Assembly (NCBI RefSeq): GCF_006345805.1
Contig: NC_043017.1
Span: 4,154,001-4,218,000, forward strand
DNA: 64,000 bases
Direction: 5' to 3'
From: Octopus sinensis
Lineage: Eukaryota
Each line of letters begins with the position of its first letter. Position 1 is the stretch's first letter. Made by a program: the position numbers and the translations under genes. The notes under the pieces were generated by a model that worked only from the letters and a program-made list of their open reading frames with translations, searched no databases and was not told the origin of the DNA. This document shows, one piece after another, positions 25,583-40,500 of this stretch.

Positions 25583-26017
25583 ACAAAGTGCGAGTTCTTC
25601 ATATCTCCTCCAGTTCTGCTCTAAAGATATTGCATATTCATATCAATGTGTGATGACGGGGGGGAGTGTAAGTAGGAGGGAAGGAAGGCAATAAGTTTCC
25701 TTCGGCCACACCCCCAGCACAGACACGCAGATACATATTTATACTCTTCTCTCTCTCCCTCCCTCCCTCCAAGACATCTTGGCATGAAGCAGCTCTTGCG
25801 ATTGGTACGATCTTCACATACCTTCTTTTATATTCCTCTCTTATGACCTTCGTTCAGACAAGAAGCCCTGCCAAGGCATAACAAGAGAAATAAACTTTAT
25901 GCGATTCTTGTTTTTCACCCAAAAATGTCGAGCGAACCTCACCACCACCGCCGCCACCACCACTAATAACAACAACAACAACAACAACAGAATCTCTAAT
26001 ACTAAATGTAACACATC

Positions 26018-26151
26018 GGATCTTTTCCTTTTGATGGACGGAATTTTCTAGTTAACTAAACAGTGTTTTCTTTTCACACATTCTACCAGTTTACGAAGTT
26101 TCAAATTGTTTAGTAAACTAGAAAATTCCGTCCATCAAAAGGAAAAGATCC
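26018..26151. mobile_element. 134-bp MITE/foldback
   Basis: 45-bp TIRs (26018-26062 and 26107-26151, 1 mismatch); 8-bp TSD AACACATC on both sides. Confidence 0.82.
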
Positions 26152-26668
26152 AACACATCTTCTCCTTCTAACCAAAAAACCAACCATAACCAGATTCGAT
26201 TTATCTCCAAGTCCCTCATCATCATCATCATCATCATCATCACTAACAGTAACACGGCAGTCACAACCTCCACCTCCGTCCGTCCTTGCCATAATGTTTA
26301 AAAAGAAATAAAAATGGGTTGTTTTTTTTTTTCATTATTTCAACTACAACCTCCCCCATCGTCACGCACCCACCACACTCGCTTCATCCCCGGCACCAAC
26401 ACCTCTGTTAACGATTTTAAAACTGTTTTGCTTAATGACTTACATATTCCCCCTCATCACCCACCCACCCACCTCCGCCTATACCACCCCCCGTACATCA
26501 CGTACACATACACACAACGCCACCACCACAAAACACCATTACCCCCTTCACCACCACAAAACACCACCAACATCGCCGCCACCACCATCGCTTTACAACT
26601 TCAGTTTTCTCTGAAGCAAAACTTTCTCAAATTCGCTTTCGTTTCTTCCTTTCTCTCTTTCCTTACTA

Positions 26669-26728
<60 letters not shown>

Positions 26729-26765
26729 GCACACTCGCATCGACTGTGTAAGCTGCGTATATAAG
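26669..26765 (+). promoter_or_regulatory. Putative HGD promoter: (CT)n tract followed by TATA box (TATATAAG at 26758)
   Basis: About 330 bp upstream of the HGD ATG. Confidence 0.45.
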
Positions 26766-27091
26766 AAAAAGGGCTTCTTTAAACTGCCTAGATAAGGGAA
26801 CTAGAACCCCCAAAAAAAACGCAATAACAAAAAAGAAGGAAGCGAAGAAGAATACCAAATAGTTTGTTAAACTCTGCTCCCGTTGTAAATATAGGGAGTA
26901 TTTTGCCGTAAACCCATTTTTCTTACCAATTTCAACAGTTGGAGGAGATACGATCCATACATTTATATATTTTTATATAATACCCCCAAGGGTCGTATTT
27001 TCAAGTATTTTTTCTTCTCTCAACGAAGTTCTTTCTTCCACTCGATCGTTCGTCCCTTTCTCAGAGGTCAGGTTAACCCAGTTACGTCGAC

Positions 27092-27109
27092 ATGGCTGAG
27101 GAACTTAAG
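27092..27109 (+). CDS. HGD: HGD exon 1 (MAEELK)
   Basis: gacATGGCTGAGGAACTTAAG|gtcggt; resembles the short MAELK first exon of vertebrates (recalled). Confidence 0.8.
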
Positions 27110-30100
27110 GTCGGTAAAACTTTTCTCTTTCTAACAGCATGATCATCACTACACATCCATCAATATCACTATCAAACTACACGCACGACACAGGCAACTC
27201 TATGTGGTCGTTCGACCTGCTACAACTGCTAGAAACAACAGCCAAACCCCTCTCATTTCGTACACCTTGTTTTTACGTTGAATAATGTGTTTCTGGGTTC
27301 CCTGGATATTGGAAATAGACGGGATGGTCGCGGCTAGAATGTCTTTGATCAGAGGTAGGTCTACTCGATTAGGGATAACCTGGAACTAAACAACATGCCC
27401 ACGAATACCTCAGCTATTGATATCAACAACCAAAACCCCCTTCGACACTACCCCCAACACCATCAACAGCAGCATCATCATCGTCATCATCACAGAAATA
27501 CCACCAATAATACCACCTCTCCCTATCAACAAGAACGCCACTGTAGGGTCACCATGCCTGCTAGAAATAGCAGCCAAATCTCCCTTGGGGGAGCTAATGC
27601 AGTTTCACACTCCAAGATCTAAAACGTAAGAATCTGAAAAAATATTTTCAAAAAAATGCATTTTTCAAGGAGAGCTGCGAAACTGAATTAGACCCCTCTC
27701 CCTCCCTCGAATAACACCCTAATATCTTAAAAGTGGGGTAGAACACGTTGAATTTTTTTTATTGCTTACTCAAGGAAGAAAGGATAGCACCCATGGCCAC
27801 ACTCATTTTTTAACACCTCTGAGATTGATGGATGTCAAAGAGGAACTCGTCCTCGTACCAGAGGCCGGTCCCTACCCAGGACCAGTTTTGAATCAATTAG
27901 ACAGATTTGTTCAAAGTGGGCCCCGTGCACATGCTGGGACAGAGGACATTATGATGGATTAAACCCTTTGACTGCATCAAGAAGAAATATTCATATGATT
28001 CCTTTTACTTTTTCGTGTGACAAGCAGATTTACCCCATGACTTCAGAAAAATGTCTTATTTAACCCTTTCGTTACCCTATTTATTTTGAGATGCTCTGTG
28101 TTTCTTTCAATTAATTCTAAATACAACAAAGAATTTAGTAAAATAACTTAATCATCATTCAGCTAGAGTTAGGAACATAAATTGTGATTAAGGTTTGGTG
28201 GAAGATTTTAAGTCAAAACTTATGAAAACAAAACATTTGTACTAAAGAGCCAGAGCCGGTTTCAGCCGGGTTGGTAACGAAAGGGTTAAGTAGAGTAGAG
28301 GGCCCCACTGACAATTCTCAAATTGGGCCCTGCACTTTCTAGCGCCAGAATGTTTGCAACTGAGTAAACTCCACTAAGAGCCCTCAAGGACCAGATGGAA
28401 ATGTTAAACCCAGTAATGAATTAGGTCTACCACTTAAGATAATGAAGAATTGGAAAAGACAGGATGGTCATGTGTGAAATGCTTTTACTTAGTGTTGGAT
28501 GAAACACCTTGCCGTATTTCTTCCAGCTCTCTACATTCCAAGTTCAAATCCTGTTGAGGTCAACTTTACCTTTTATCATGCCCAGGTTGATAATATATCA
28601 CCAATACTACCACCACCACCTCCATCTTCAACACCATCCCACCAGATCAGCACCACTACCACAACACTACTGCCACCTCCATCACCATCACTACCACTAA
28701 TTCCACCACCAACATCACCACATCAGACTACTATCACTTCCATCACCAGTACTACAACCAACAAAATCAACACCAATAAAAAGGTCTCTGTGCAGATTGC
28801 CCTGTCTGCTAGAAATAGCAGCCATATCTTACTCAGAGCAGACCCAACCACCTTAGAAAAGAAAAAAGACATAGATACAATATAACTGAAATAAAAGACA
28901 GGATAGTCATGTCTGTAACGTCTTGATTATATACAAATCTAGGGGTTAAACAACACAACAATGCCACTGTCAACAACAGAAGCCTCTCTACAGACAACAA
29001 TAAATAACACAAATGTTAATACTCTTTTCTACTATAGACACAAGGCCTGAAACTTTGAGGGTGGAAGTTAGTCAATTAAAAGACGGCAAGCTGGTAGAAA
29101 TGTTAGCACGCTGGGCGAAATGCTTAGCAGTATTTCGTCTGACATTACATTCTGAGTTCAAATTCTGCCGAGGTCAACTTTGCCTTTCATCCTTTCAGGG
29201 TCGATAAATTAAGTACCAGTTGCATACTGGAGTCGATGTAATTGACTTAATCCCTTTGTTTGTCCTTGTTTGTCCCCTCTATGTCTAGCCCCTTGTGGGC
29301 AATAAATAAATAAGGAAGTTAGTCAATTATATTAACCCCAGTGCTCATCAGGTACATTTTTTTATCAACCCTGAGAGGATGAAAGACAAAGTCAACTTTG
29401 AAAGAATTTGAACTCAGAATGTAAAGTGCCACTAAGCATTTTAGCCATCGCACTTATAATTCTGCTAGCTTCATCTCCTTAATAATAATCCTTTCTACTT
29501 TAGGCATAAGGCCTGAAATTTAGGAGGACGGGGCAAGTCGATTACAGCGACCCCAGTACTCAACTGGTATTTATTTAATCAACCCCGAAAGGATGAAAGG
29601 CAAAGTCAACCTCGGTGGAATTTGAACTCAGAACATAGTGGCAGATGAAATACCTATTTCTTTATTGCCCACAAGGGGCTAAACACAGAGAGAACAAACA
29701 AGGACAGACGAACGGATTAAGTTGATTATATCGACCCCAGTGCATAACTGGTACTTATTTAATCGACCCCGAAAGGATGAAAGGCAAAGTCGACCTCGGC
29801 GGAATTTGAACTCAGAACATAGCGGCAGACGAAATACCACTAAGCATTTTGCCCAGAATGCTTAAATTTCTTCCAGCTCGCTGCCTTGATAATAATAATG
29901 GTAATTGGCTTATTGTATACAGTGCTCTATTGCACAACAACTCATCAGAAAAGAGTAAAAGAACGGAGAGAAAACAGAAATAAGACAAGTAAAAAGCAGG
30001 CAGCAATGAGAGCCAAAAGTACATTCTTGGTATACAAGTATTTGATTATTCAGGATAAGAGAAAAACAGAGAAAAGTCAAAGAGTAAAAGAGCCATAAGG

Positions 30101-31993
30101 AAGAAAGAGGGCATAGGCATGTTGGGAGTAGGTTTGGCAATATTTCAGGAAGAACATTCATCCTAAGAATAGTCCTGGTTGAGCAGAGCCAATGATTAAA
30201 GATGTTCCACTCGTGACCATTCATCCTATCTTTTTGATTGTGCATTTAAGATAATGAAGGCACAGTGGCCCAGTGGTTAGGGCAGCGGACTCGCAGTCGG
30301 AGAATCGTGGTTTCAATTCTCAGACTAGACGTTGTGTGTATTTATTGAGCGAAAACACCTAAAGCTCCACAAGGCTCCGGCAGGGGGTGGTGGCAACCCC
30401 TGTCGTACTCTTATGCCCCAACTTTCTCTCACTCTTTCTTCCTGTTATATATATATGTGGAGGCGCAATGGCCCAGTGGTTAGGGCAACGGACTCACAGT
30501 CGGAGGATCACGGTTTCAATTCCCAAACCGGGTGTTGTGTGTATTTATTGAGCGAAAACACCTAAAAGCTCCACAAGGCTCCCGCAGGGGGTGGTTGCGA
30601 CCCCTGTTGTACTCTTTTGCCCCAACTTTCTTCACTCTTTCTTCCTGTTTCTTGAGTAACGCTGCGATGGACTGGCATCCCATCCAGCCAGGAGGTGGAG
30701 GTCACACACGCCATAGAAACCGGGGAAACCGGGGCCCATGAGCCTGGATAGGCTTGAAAAAGGGCGCATAAATAAATAAAAAATTTAAGATAACATTATC
30801 TGAGGTGCCCTTCCTTTCTGCTCAGATTTAGGTTATGTATGTGATTTGAGATATATTCAGCCGACTGACCTGACATCGCTATCCAAACTGACCTGAACTA
30901 AACGACAGTAACAACAACAACATCAATGATAACACCAGCTATATCACCACCTTTCCACCTATAGCTTCACCATCGCTTCCAGACCATAACAGTCCTTAAC
31001 ACAAAGCTGACCCTATGTAGTTAACTGTTATATAGATGGTGAAGACATGTGGCTTAGTGGTTAGGGTTGTCAGCTCATGGTTCTAAGGTTGTGAGTTCAA
31101 TTCCCAGCAATGCATTCTATCCTTGAACAAATCCTTTCATTTCCCATTGCCCCAGTCCACTCAGTTGACAAAAATGAGTTGTACCAGTAATTCAATGGAG
31201 GGGCAGTCGTGTCACGGGAAATCTCCCTGGCAACTTTGTGTATAGTCTTCTACTATAGCCTCGGGCTGACCAAAGCCTTGTGAGTGGATTTGGTAGACGG
31301 AAACTGAAAGAAGCCCATCGTATCATCATCATGATCATCATTTAGCGTCCGTTTTCCATGCTAGCATGGGTTGGACGGTTCAACTGGGGTCTGGGGAGCC
31401 GGAAGGCTTCATCAGGCCCAGTCAGATCTGGCAGTGTTTCTACGGCTGGATGCCCTTCCTAATGCGAACCACTCTGTGAGTGTAGTGGGTGCTTTTTACG
31501 TGCCACCGGCACAGGTGCCAGACAGAGCTGGCAAACGGCCACGAACGGATGGTGCTTTTACATGCCATATATATATATGTATGTGTGTGTGTGTTTGTGT
31601 TTGTGTGTCTGTGTTTGTCCCCCACCAGCATCGCTTGACAACCGATGCTGGTGTGTTTACGTCCCCCTCCCCCCCGTAAACACACCAGGGCAGACATTAT
31701 GTTACTCCTCCTCCTCAGCAATTTTTCACTCCTCCCACCACACACACACACACACACACTCAGTGTTGAAACCAAAATGTCCAGTAAAGCTGACGTGACG
31801 TATGACACTTCCCCTCCTCGCCCATCACTCTGTTTATACACCCTCAGACATATATTTCCCTACACAGCTCCCCCTACATCTACCCAACTACACTGTCCCA
31901 GTGTACAACTCACATGTCCTTGATGAATGTGTGTGTGCATGTACATGCATATATGCATTTATTTGCGCGTGTGTGTGTGTGTGCATCAATGTG

Positions 31994-32036
<43 letters not shown>

Positions 32037-35000
32037 TAAGCTATCTGCTGAGAAGCAAAAACGGTGGAAACCAAAAAAACAGTAAAAAGACTTGTTAAAA
32101 AACTAGTCTTGGAGAGTTGAATAGAAACCATACAAAGATGTTGAACCTTTACTCTTAGGCGCAGGAGTGGCTGTGTGGTAAGTAGCTTGCTAACCAACCA
32201 CATGGTTGCAAGTTCAGTCCCACTGCGTGGCATCTTGGGCAAGTGTCTTCTGCTATAGCCCTGGGCCGACCAATGCCTTGTGAGTGGATTTGGTAGATGG
32301 GAACTGAAAGAAGCCTGTCGTATATATGTATATATATATATCTCGTCTGGCACCTGTGTCGGTGGCACATAAAATCACCCACTACACTCTCGGAGTGGTT
32401 GGCGTTAGGAAGGGCATCCAGCTGTAGAAACACTGCTAGATCTGACTGGCCTGGTGCAGCCTTCGGGCTCCCCAGACCCCAGTTGAACCGTCCAACCCAT
32501 GCTAGCATGGAAAGCGGACGTTAAATGATGATGATGATGATGATGATATATGTATGTGTGTGTGTGTTTTTGTGTCTGTGTTTGTCCCCCTAGCATTGAT
32601 TGACAACCGATGCTGGTGTGTTTACATCCCCATCACTTAGCGGTTCGGCAAAAAGAGACCGATAGAATAAGTACTGGGCTTACAAAGAATAAGTCCTGGG
32701 GTCGATTTGCTCGACTAAAGGCGGTGCTCCAGGATGGCCGCAGTCAAATGACTGAAACAAGTAAAAAAGTAAAAAAAAAAAATTAAAAGAGAATCAAGGA
32801 AAACTAATCAGTTGCTAAACAAAGAAACGGTGTCATTCTTCAGTTGTTGAATGTGTGGTAAGACTTGTTTTTCTAAGTCTGGCTTCACTTCAAATCTCAG
32901 AACTCAACTTTGTACAGTTGGCCCAAGTGACATAAAGATCATTCCAGAAGACACACTCATATACCTTATTTGTAATAAAGCAGGTGAGTTGTCTGGCTGG
33001 TCTAGAAAAGGCATTTAAATGTCCACAAACTGGACAATCCAAACAGCTGTGTGCCACTTGAGGTGAGAAGTAGTTTGCACTGTTTATAAAACAAATATCA
33101 AACAGTTCTTGAATAGCGTAATCCAAGATATACTGTCAGATAAAATCAACTGGATAGCTATGGATGGAAGGGCTTTGATTATAAATCAATTAAATTTTGG
33201 TTAATTTGGGGATTAATATATAATAAAACATTGTGTACAGTGCTCAGGTGCACTACAACTCATCTAAAGTGTATGTGTAGTACATAGGGTAATGTACAAG
33301 CGTCAGGAAAAGAACAGTACATGAGTCATGACATACACATATGTGTATGAGTCTGGAAGGGGTACAATCAGGTGTAGTTTCGGGCGGATTTCGGAAAGCA
33401 TGAGGGCCTTAAAGGATGTTAAAAACCACCAAAGACAACATCACATGTCTCATCCCCTCTCCTCCACCCATTTCCACCCACAAGGTTATAAGTTCAAGTC
33501 AAAGTTGTGGCTGAGATAAAGCAAGACATAAACACACACACACACACAAACATGTATGCACATTTACTAAGGAAACAACAACAGCAACAACAAAAATAAC
33601 AATTGTAATAGCAACAACAACAACAACAACAACAGCTGCACATGGATCACAAACCCATTGTTGGTTGTATCTATCTATAAATTTATCTTTGTGTGAAATA
33701 ATTTCATCATCACACCTGGTTCCATAGTAAAGGTGCACGCGTGTGTGTGTGTGTGTGTGTGTGTTGGTTAGCTTAGCCAATAGTTACATGAGGTTATCAG
33801 TAAGTCAACTCCACTACCCCAGACTACAAGCCACCACTGTGTGGGTCTGTAGGTCATGTCAGTTTGTTGGCGGTGGGGGGGGGGAAGAAAAGTTCAATGG
33901 GAGGTCACGTGTGGCAGAAGAGGGGAGAGGTACCAAGAATTTTTACAACTTCAAATTTTGCAGAGATGGTAATGAGAACAGCAGCAGCAGCAATGGGGGG
34001 GGGTGTTACAGAAAGACAGGTATATTGATAGATTGACAGTCCGACAGACAGGCAGGCAAGCAGACAGACAGACAGACTGATAGACAAACAGACAAACAAA
34101 CAGACAGACAGACATATAGATAAGATAAGATATTAGTCAGAACAATATGTTGTTAGAACTTAGATTAATGAAGGCAAATTATTAAGAACTACACAATTAT
34201 GATTTTAATTGTCAATTCTCTTCAGAAAATTAATTCAAGTTGGCCAACATTCTCCCTTGATCAGAAAGCTAGTCCATTGTAGGGTCATCCATTTAGAGTT
34301 GAGTGAACTGGAGCAACATGAAATGAAGTGTTTTAATCAAGAACACAAAACACAGCTTGGTCCAGGAATTGAACCCACAATCTAGTAATTGTGAAAGCAA
34401 CACCCTAACCACTTGGCTACATGTCTTCACATGTGTATGTGCATGGAAATAAATATAATAAATTTGTGTGCATGTGTGTGTGTAAATAAATACAGTAAAT
34501 AGGTGTAATTAGGAAAATAAATTAAGATAGACAGGTTGTTTACTGCAATTTGCTACCTGATAATGATAAGTTATCAAGTTACAAAATTATTTGTTAAAAC
34601 GCAAATATTTAATATGCAGAAACTGAAGGAATCCTGCTGATGTAATTGCTGTGCTTGTAGTTGTTGTTGTTGTTCATCATGGTGGTCGTTATCATAGTTT
34701 TACTAATTGTAACGTTTCTTAGTTCTATGTTGTTGTGATGATGGGTGTTTATATTCATTGAGCATACCGCTGTTGTTGTTGTTGTTGTTGTCGTCATCAC
34801 CATTATCATCAGTGTTGTTTTAGCATTCGTTTTTCCATGGTCGCAGGCGTCAGATGCCAGCTTCCAAATAAGGCAATATTTCCCACCACCTGACATGTTC
34901 TTCACAGAAGCAAGGGTATAATAACACACACACATACACACACATACACACATGCACACATACATACATACATACATACTTACATACACACATGCACACA

Positions 35001-35606
35001 CACATACATACATACATAAGATACAGTGTATATTTAAACATGAGGAATCCACATATAGGAATTCAACACGCTAGAAAGAACAGCTAGGTTCTATAACCAC
35101 AAAAATTAGGGATAAAATTCAACAGGAACAAAATGAAAAATAAAAACATTGGAAATGTAAATTTTGATATGATTACATACATACAGACAGACAGTATGCA
35201 TGTAAGGCTTATTATATATGTTAACATAAAACTTGTGTTTTTAAGCCAGGGGTGTGAGACTTTAACAAGTGTGGATAAATGCCTGTTGTTATCTCTGTCT
35301 GGGAGCAGAGATAACAATGGTTATGTTTTGACATTCATCAAAGTCTAACAGCTCTGGCAGAAGAAAATATTAGGTTCACCTTTATAAACATGTATCATTT
35401 ACATTCTTAACATGAATGTTTTATATCCTCTATGCATATATATATATATATATATATATAGGTGCAGGAGCTTGCTTACCAACCACATGGTTCCAGGTTC
35501 GGTCCCACTGCAGGGCACCTTGGGCGAGTGTCTTCTACTATAGCCTCGGGCTGACCAAAACCTTATGAGTTGATTTGGTAGGCAGAAACTGAAAGAAGCC
35601 CGTCGC

Positions 35607-35667
<61 letters not shown>

Positions 35668-36664
35668 TGTGTGTCTGTGTTTGTCCCCCCATCATCGCTT
35701 GACAACCAATGCTGGTGTGTTTACGGCCCCGTAACTTAGCGGTTCGGCAAAAGAGACTGATAGAATAAGTACTGGGCTTACAAAGAATAAGTCCTGGGGT
35801 CGATTTGTTCGAGTAAAGGTGGTGCTCCAGCATGGCCACAGTCAAATGACTGAAACATGTCAAAGAGTAAAAGAGTAATAAAATTTGGGAAACGAAATTT
35901 CCAAATCAATCGGGTGTAACCCTATAGCTTTATATGCATCTACATATCATACTTTAGGGTCTTATTTATCGCATATTTATATATTTATCTATAAACATAC
36001 AAAGTATCTGATAAAAGTCAGTATTCAATTTGGGGTGATTAATCAATATGCAGGTATTCTCTTTCAGGTGATACAAAAATATCCTAATGAGTATATCTGA
36101 TAGTAAACTCATTATCCATTCTATTCTACATCTAGTATACTATTTAGTCAACCACTTTACCAAGTAGTGTCACTAGTAATAATATAATAATAAATAAATA
36201 CGCCCATTTAAAGCCTAGCCAGGCTCATGGGCCCAGTTTCCTGGTTTCTATGGCGTATGTGTTCCCCAGCTGGACGGGACGTCTGTCCATCACAGCATTA
36301 CTCATTTTTGCCAGCTGAGTGGACTGGAGCAACGTGAAATGAAGTGTTTTGCTCAAGAACACAACACGTCGCCCGGTCCAGGAATCGAAAGATATGCAGG
36401 GTATATATAGTGGAAATGAAGATAAACACCAGCAAAAACGTTGTGTGTGTGTATTCAAATGTTGATGTTTAACAAATGAATGAAGGAAATAGAACTTAAT
36501 TACATGTGATAAAGGAAATGGTTTACTTAAACTGAATTCCTTTCACAGCAAGCATGTGGTGCAACGAAACCTGGGTCGAGTTTCATTGCACCACATGTCA
36601 GACAAGAACTAATAATAACAGCAGCATGAAACTCAAGTCAAAATAAAGTACATGATTCAGTCAG

Positions 36665-36708
<44 letters not shown>

Positions 36709-37377
36709 ACGTTTACATACATGAATATGCCTACATCTCTATATATATAAACGGCAAAATGTCTGTGTGTGTGTGTGTCCTTTATACAAATCCACAATTT
36801 TTCAGTTAGAGGGCTCACACTTTCTATGGTCATTCAAAACCGTCCAAGGGTGGTCGTGCACATCTTTACATTTCCCCAGTCACCCCGCAAAGCCATTAAA
36901 AAAATCAATAGAAGTGACTTTTTTGTGAATTTTCTATCCAAAACCCAATCAAAATGTCTGATATTTAATACACCAATTGAATGCCAGCTAGCTGTATGTG
37001 ATTGGTCGGAGATTTGGACAGTACTCGCGTGTATGTGTGCAATGCATGCAGCTGTCACAGTGCTAGTATTTAGTTAAAAACATACATGTTGTCATGTATT
37101 CTGACCCACAAACCTGTGTACACATACTTTGTACTTCCAGTACTTCTTTCAGCCAGATACTTTATTGATCTCTATGCTATTTCCTTATCTGATACCCACA
37201 CTTGATACCCCAATATTCTAAGCACAAGAATTCTCTATTTTTTATCCACAGTATATGTCTGGCTTTGGCAATGAATTTGCCTCCGAAGACTCAAGATGCC
37301 CGAACTCTTTACCGAAGGGGCAGGTAAGTAAAGGACATTTTCTTGTTGGAACACTTGCTTTTTGAGTAGTCTTATGG

Positions 37378-37424
<47 letters not shown>

Positions 37425-37514
37425 CACACATACATACACACACAATTGAGTAGACAAACTCAATTGTGTATGTATGTATGTGTGTGTGTGTGTATATATA
37501 TTTATTTATATATG

Positions 37515-37547
<33 letters not shown>

Positions 37548-40500
37548 ATATATATCCAACATTTCTTACAATATCTCACACCCCACAACACTCTATCCTA
37601 TGATCTCTCATATACCAACCAACTCACCCATTCAACCACCATCCTACCATCTCTTACCCCTCACCCAACATACCATACCATCAAGCATCAAATCACCCTT
37701 TACCTGCTTCTCAACATACCATACCACCAACTACTCTTCTCACCAGTAGGAGATCCCCTTTGGTCACGAATGACCATGGGATTGCACCTAGAGAGTTACC
37801 CTCAGAGGCAACAAGTCCGGGCAAGGTTGTTTACGGAAGACCAGCAGTCGCCCATGCATACCAGCCTCCCCTCTCCACGCCACCAGTGTTATCCAAGGTA
37901 AAGGCAAAGGGACCGATACAGCTTGGCACCAGTGACATTGCAACTCAGTTCTATACAGTTGGGTGAACTGGAGCAACATGAAATAAAGTGTCTTGCTCAA
38001 GAACACAACACACAGCCCAGTCTGGGAATCGAACTCACAACCTCACGATTGTAAGCTCGACGCTTTAACCACTGAGCCACGTGCCTTCACTCTTCTCACT
38101 AACCCCCTTGATTATCCTTCAGTTCTTTTGGAGCTTCTCATTATCTGTCATTTCAGAACAATCCACAGAAGTGTCCCCATGGTCTATATGCTGAGGTGAT
38201 TTCAGGGACAGCATTCACTGCCCCCAGGAATAGTAACCAGCGCACGTAAGTTCAGCTTCTGCTTTATTAGTGATGATGGTAGTGACAGAGCTGACATTGT
38301 TAGGACGTGTGTGTGTGTATGTGTGTGTGTGTGCATGTATGTGCATATATGCATACATGTGTGTGTGTATATATATGAATATATATTTCGTTTTTGGATT
38401 TGGTTTGCAAGATTCTTTATATGAGTTCGTGTGTTGAAGCATGTTCTGTTGTGTCTGGGGAGAGTCAGTTTCTTTTTGTGCCTTATAATGTAATACACTC
38501 ACCAGTAAAATTTCCACTTACTTCTTATTTTTATTTTCCTAAAATTTTCGTTGCATCTTGCAACCTTTCCAAGAGTCAAGACTATGTGTGTACCATATGT
38601 GTGTATGTGTATGTGTATGTGCCTGTTTGTGTGTGTGTGTGTGTGTGTGTGCACGTGTGCAGAATATAACTGTTTGTTATATGCGACTGTTTACTTTATA
38701 TACATATACACATTTGTGTGTTTTAAAATATACATTTACATGTGTATATATCTTCATTTTTAATAATATTGAATGTCACTTGTTTATTGTAGGTGGCTGT
38801 ATCGCATGCGACCATCCGCTGTCCACCATCCTTTTGAAAAGATTGACCGAGGTCTACTGACCAACAACTGGGATGACATTGAACCAAACCCTAATCAGGT
38901 ATATCTAATTACGTCCTATTAATTATTCGTATCTTTAATATATTATCGTATTACCTTTATACATATGTATTATATATCAGGGTGACCCTACCAGTTCTGG
39001 TGCCATATAAAAAGCATCCAATCCATATTGTAAAGTGGTTGGCATTTGGAAGGGCATCCAGCTGTAAAAACCATGCCAAAACTGACCTCAGTTCTGCTAG
39101 GACTGTGTCATCTCTTGTGAAAGGTAGGAGAGTCCAGTTTGCTGGACATTGTTGTAGAGCTGAAAAAGAGGTAATTTCTACTCTTCTCCTCTGGAAGCCA
39201 TCTACTCGCAATACCAGAGGGCGCACACTCTCCTACCCTGATGTAATCTCCAGGGATTCAGGCATCCAGCAACAGAACCTCCATAATGCCATGATGGACC
39301 GTGAAGTCTGGCGTATCATGGTAAATTCCATTGTCTCGACCACGGTCGAACAATGATGATGATGATGATGACCAGGTAAAAAGCATTCAGTCCACTCTGC
39401 AGGGTGGTTGATGTTAAGAAGAGCATCCATCCATAAAAAAAAAGCAGACACTGAATCTTGTCTAATATGGATATTGTACAGTTGTTGATGGCATCATTAA
39501 ATACATATTATTGACAAAGCAATATTAGATGATGACGAAGACGACGATGATGACGATGACGATGATGATGACAATAATGTTTTCTCTTTCAAGGTGGCAA
39601 GCTGGCAGAAACGTTAGCATGCCGGGCAAAATGCTTAGTGTTTTTACATTCTGAGCTCAAATTCCATCGAGGTTGACTTTGCCTTTCATCCTTTTGGGAT
39701 TGATAAATTAAGTACCAGTTACGCACTGGGGTCGATGTAATCGACTTAATCCCTTTGCCTGTTCTTGTTTGAACCCTCTGTGTTTAGCCCCTTGTGGGCA
39801 ATAAGAAATAAGAAACATTAGCATGCAGGGGGAAATGCTTAGCGGTATTTCATCTGTTTTTATGTTCTGAGTTCAAATTGCACCAAGGTCGACTTTGCCT
39901 TTCGTCCTTTTGGAGGTTGATAAATTAAGTACCAGTTGCCTACTGGAGTCGATCTAATTGACTGGCCCCCTCCCCAAAAATTTTGGGCCTTGTGCCTAGA
40001 GTAGAAAAGGAATAATATTTTTTTCTTTTTTCATTTTCAAAATCCAATATTTAGATGCGTTGGAAGCCATTCGACATCCCTAAAGTGGGAGAATCCAAGA
40101 AGGATTTTGTGCAGGTAAGACAGCTATTTTAATGACAACAATAGTGTAATTTCAGCAGCTGGTCAGAATAATAGAATTGTCGTTGTTGTTGGTGTTGTTG
40201 TTGTTCTTGTTCTTGTTCTTGTAATGGTGAACATAAATAGACGTGAGCTCGTTGGCGCTTGTGTGTTTGTGTGACCTCATTAGATAAAAAAACCGGAGCA
40301 GTGTCTCGCATGCTTCAGGTAAGACCGGCATCAAGGGGCTAAAATTTCAGGCCTTGTGCCTCTAGCAGAAAGGATTATTATTATTATTATTGTTATTATT
40401 ATTTATTAATATTAGGGTGGTGAGCTGGTGCAATCGTTAGCATACCAGGCAAAATGCTCAGTACCCTTTCATCCATCTATACATTCTGAGTTCAAATTCT

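Noticed and set aside
30258-30535. tRNA-like sequences (also at about 2030-2100, 38020-38090 and 58490-58563)
   Set aside because: They are SINE heads that continue into SINE bodies and lack a complete acceptor stem
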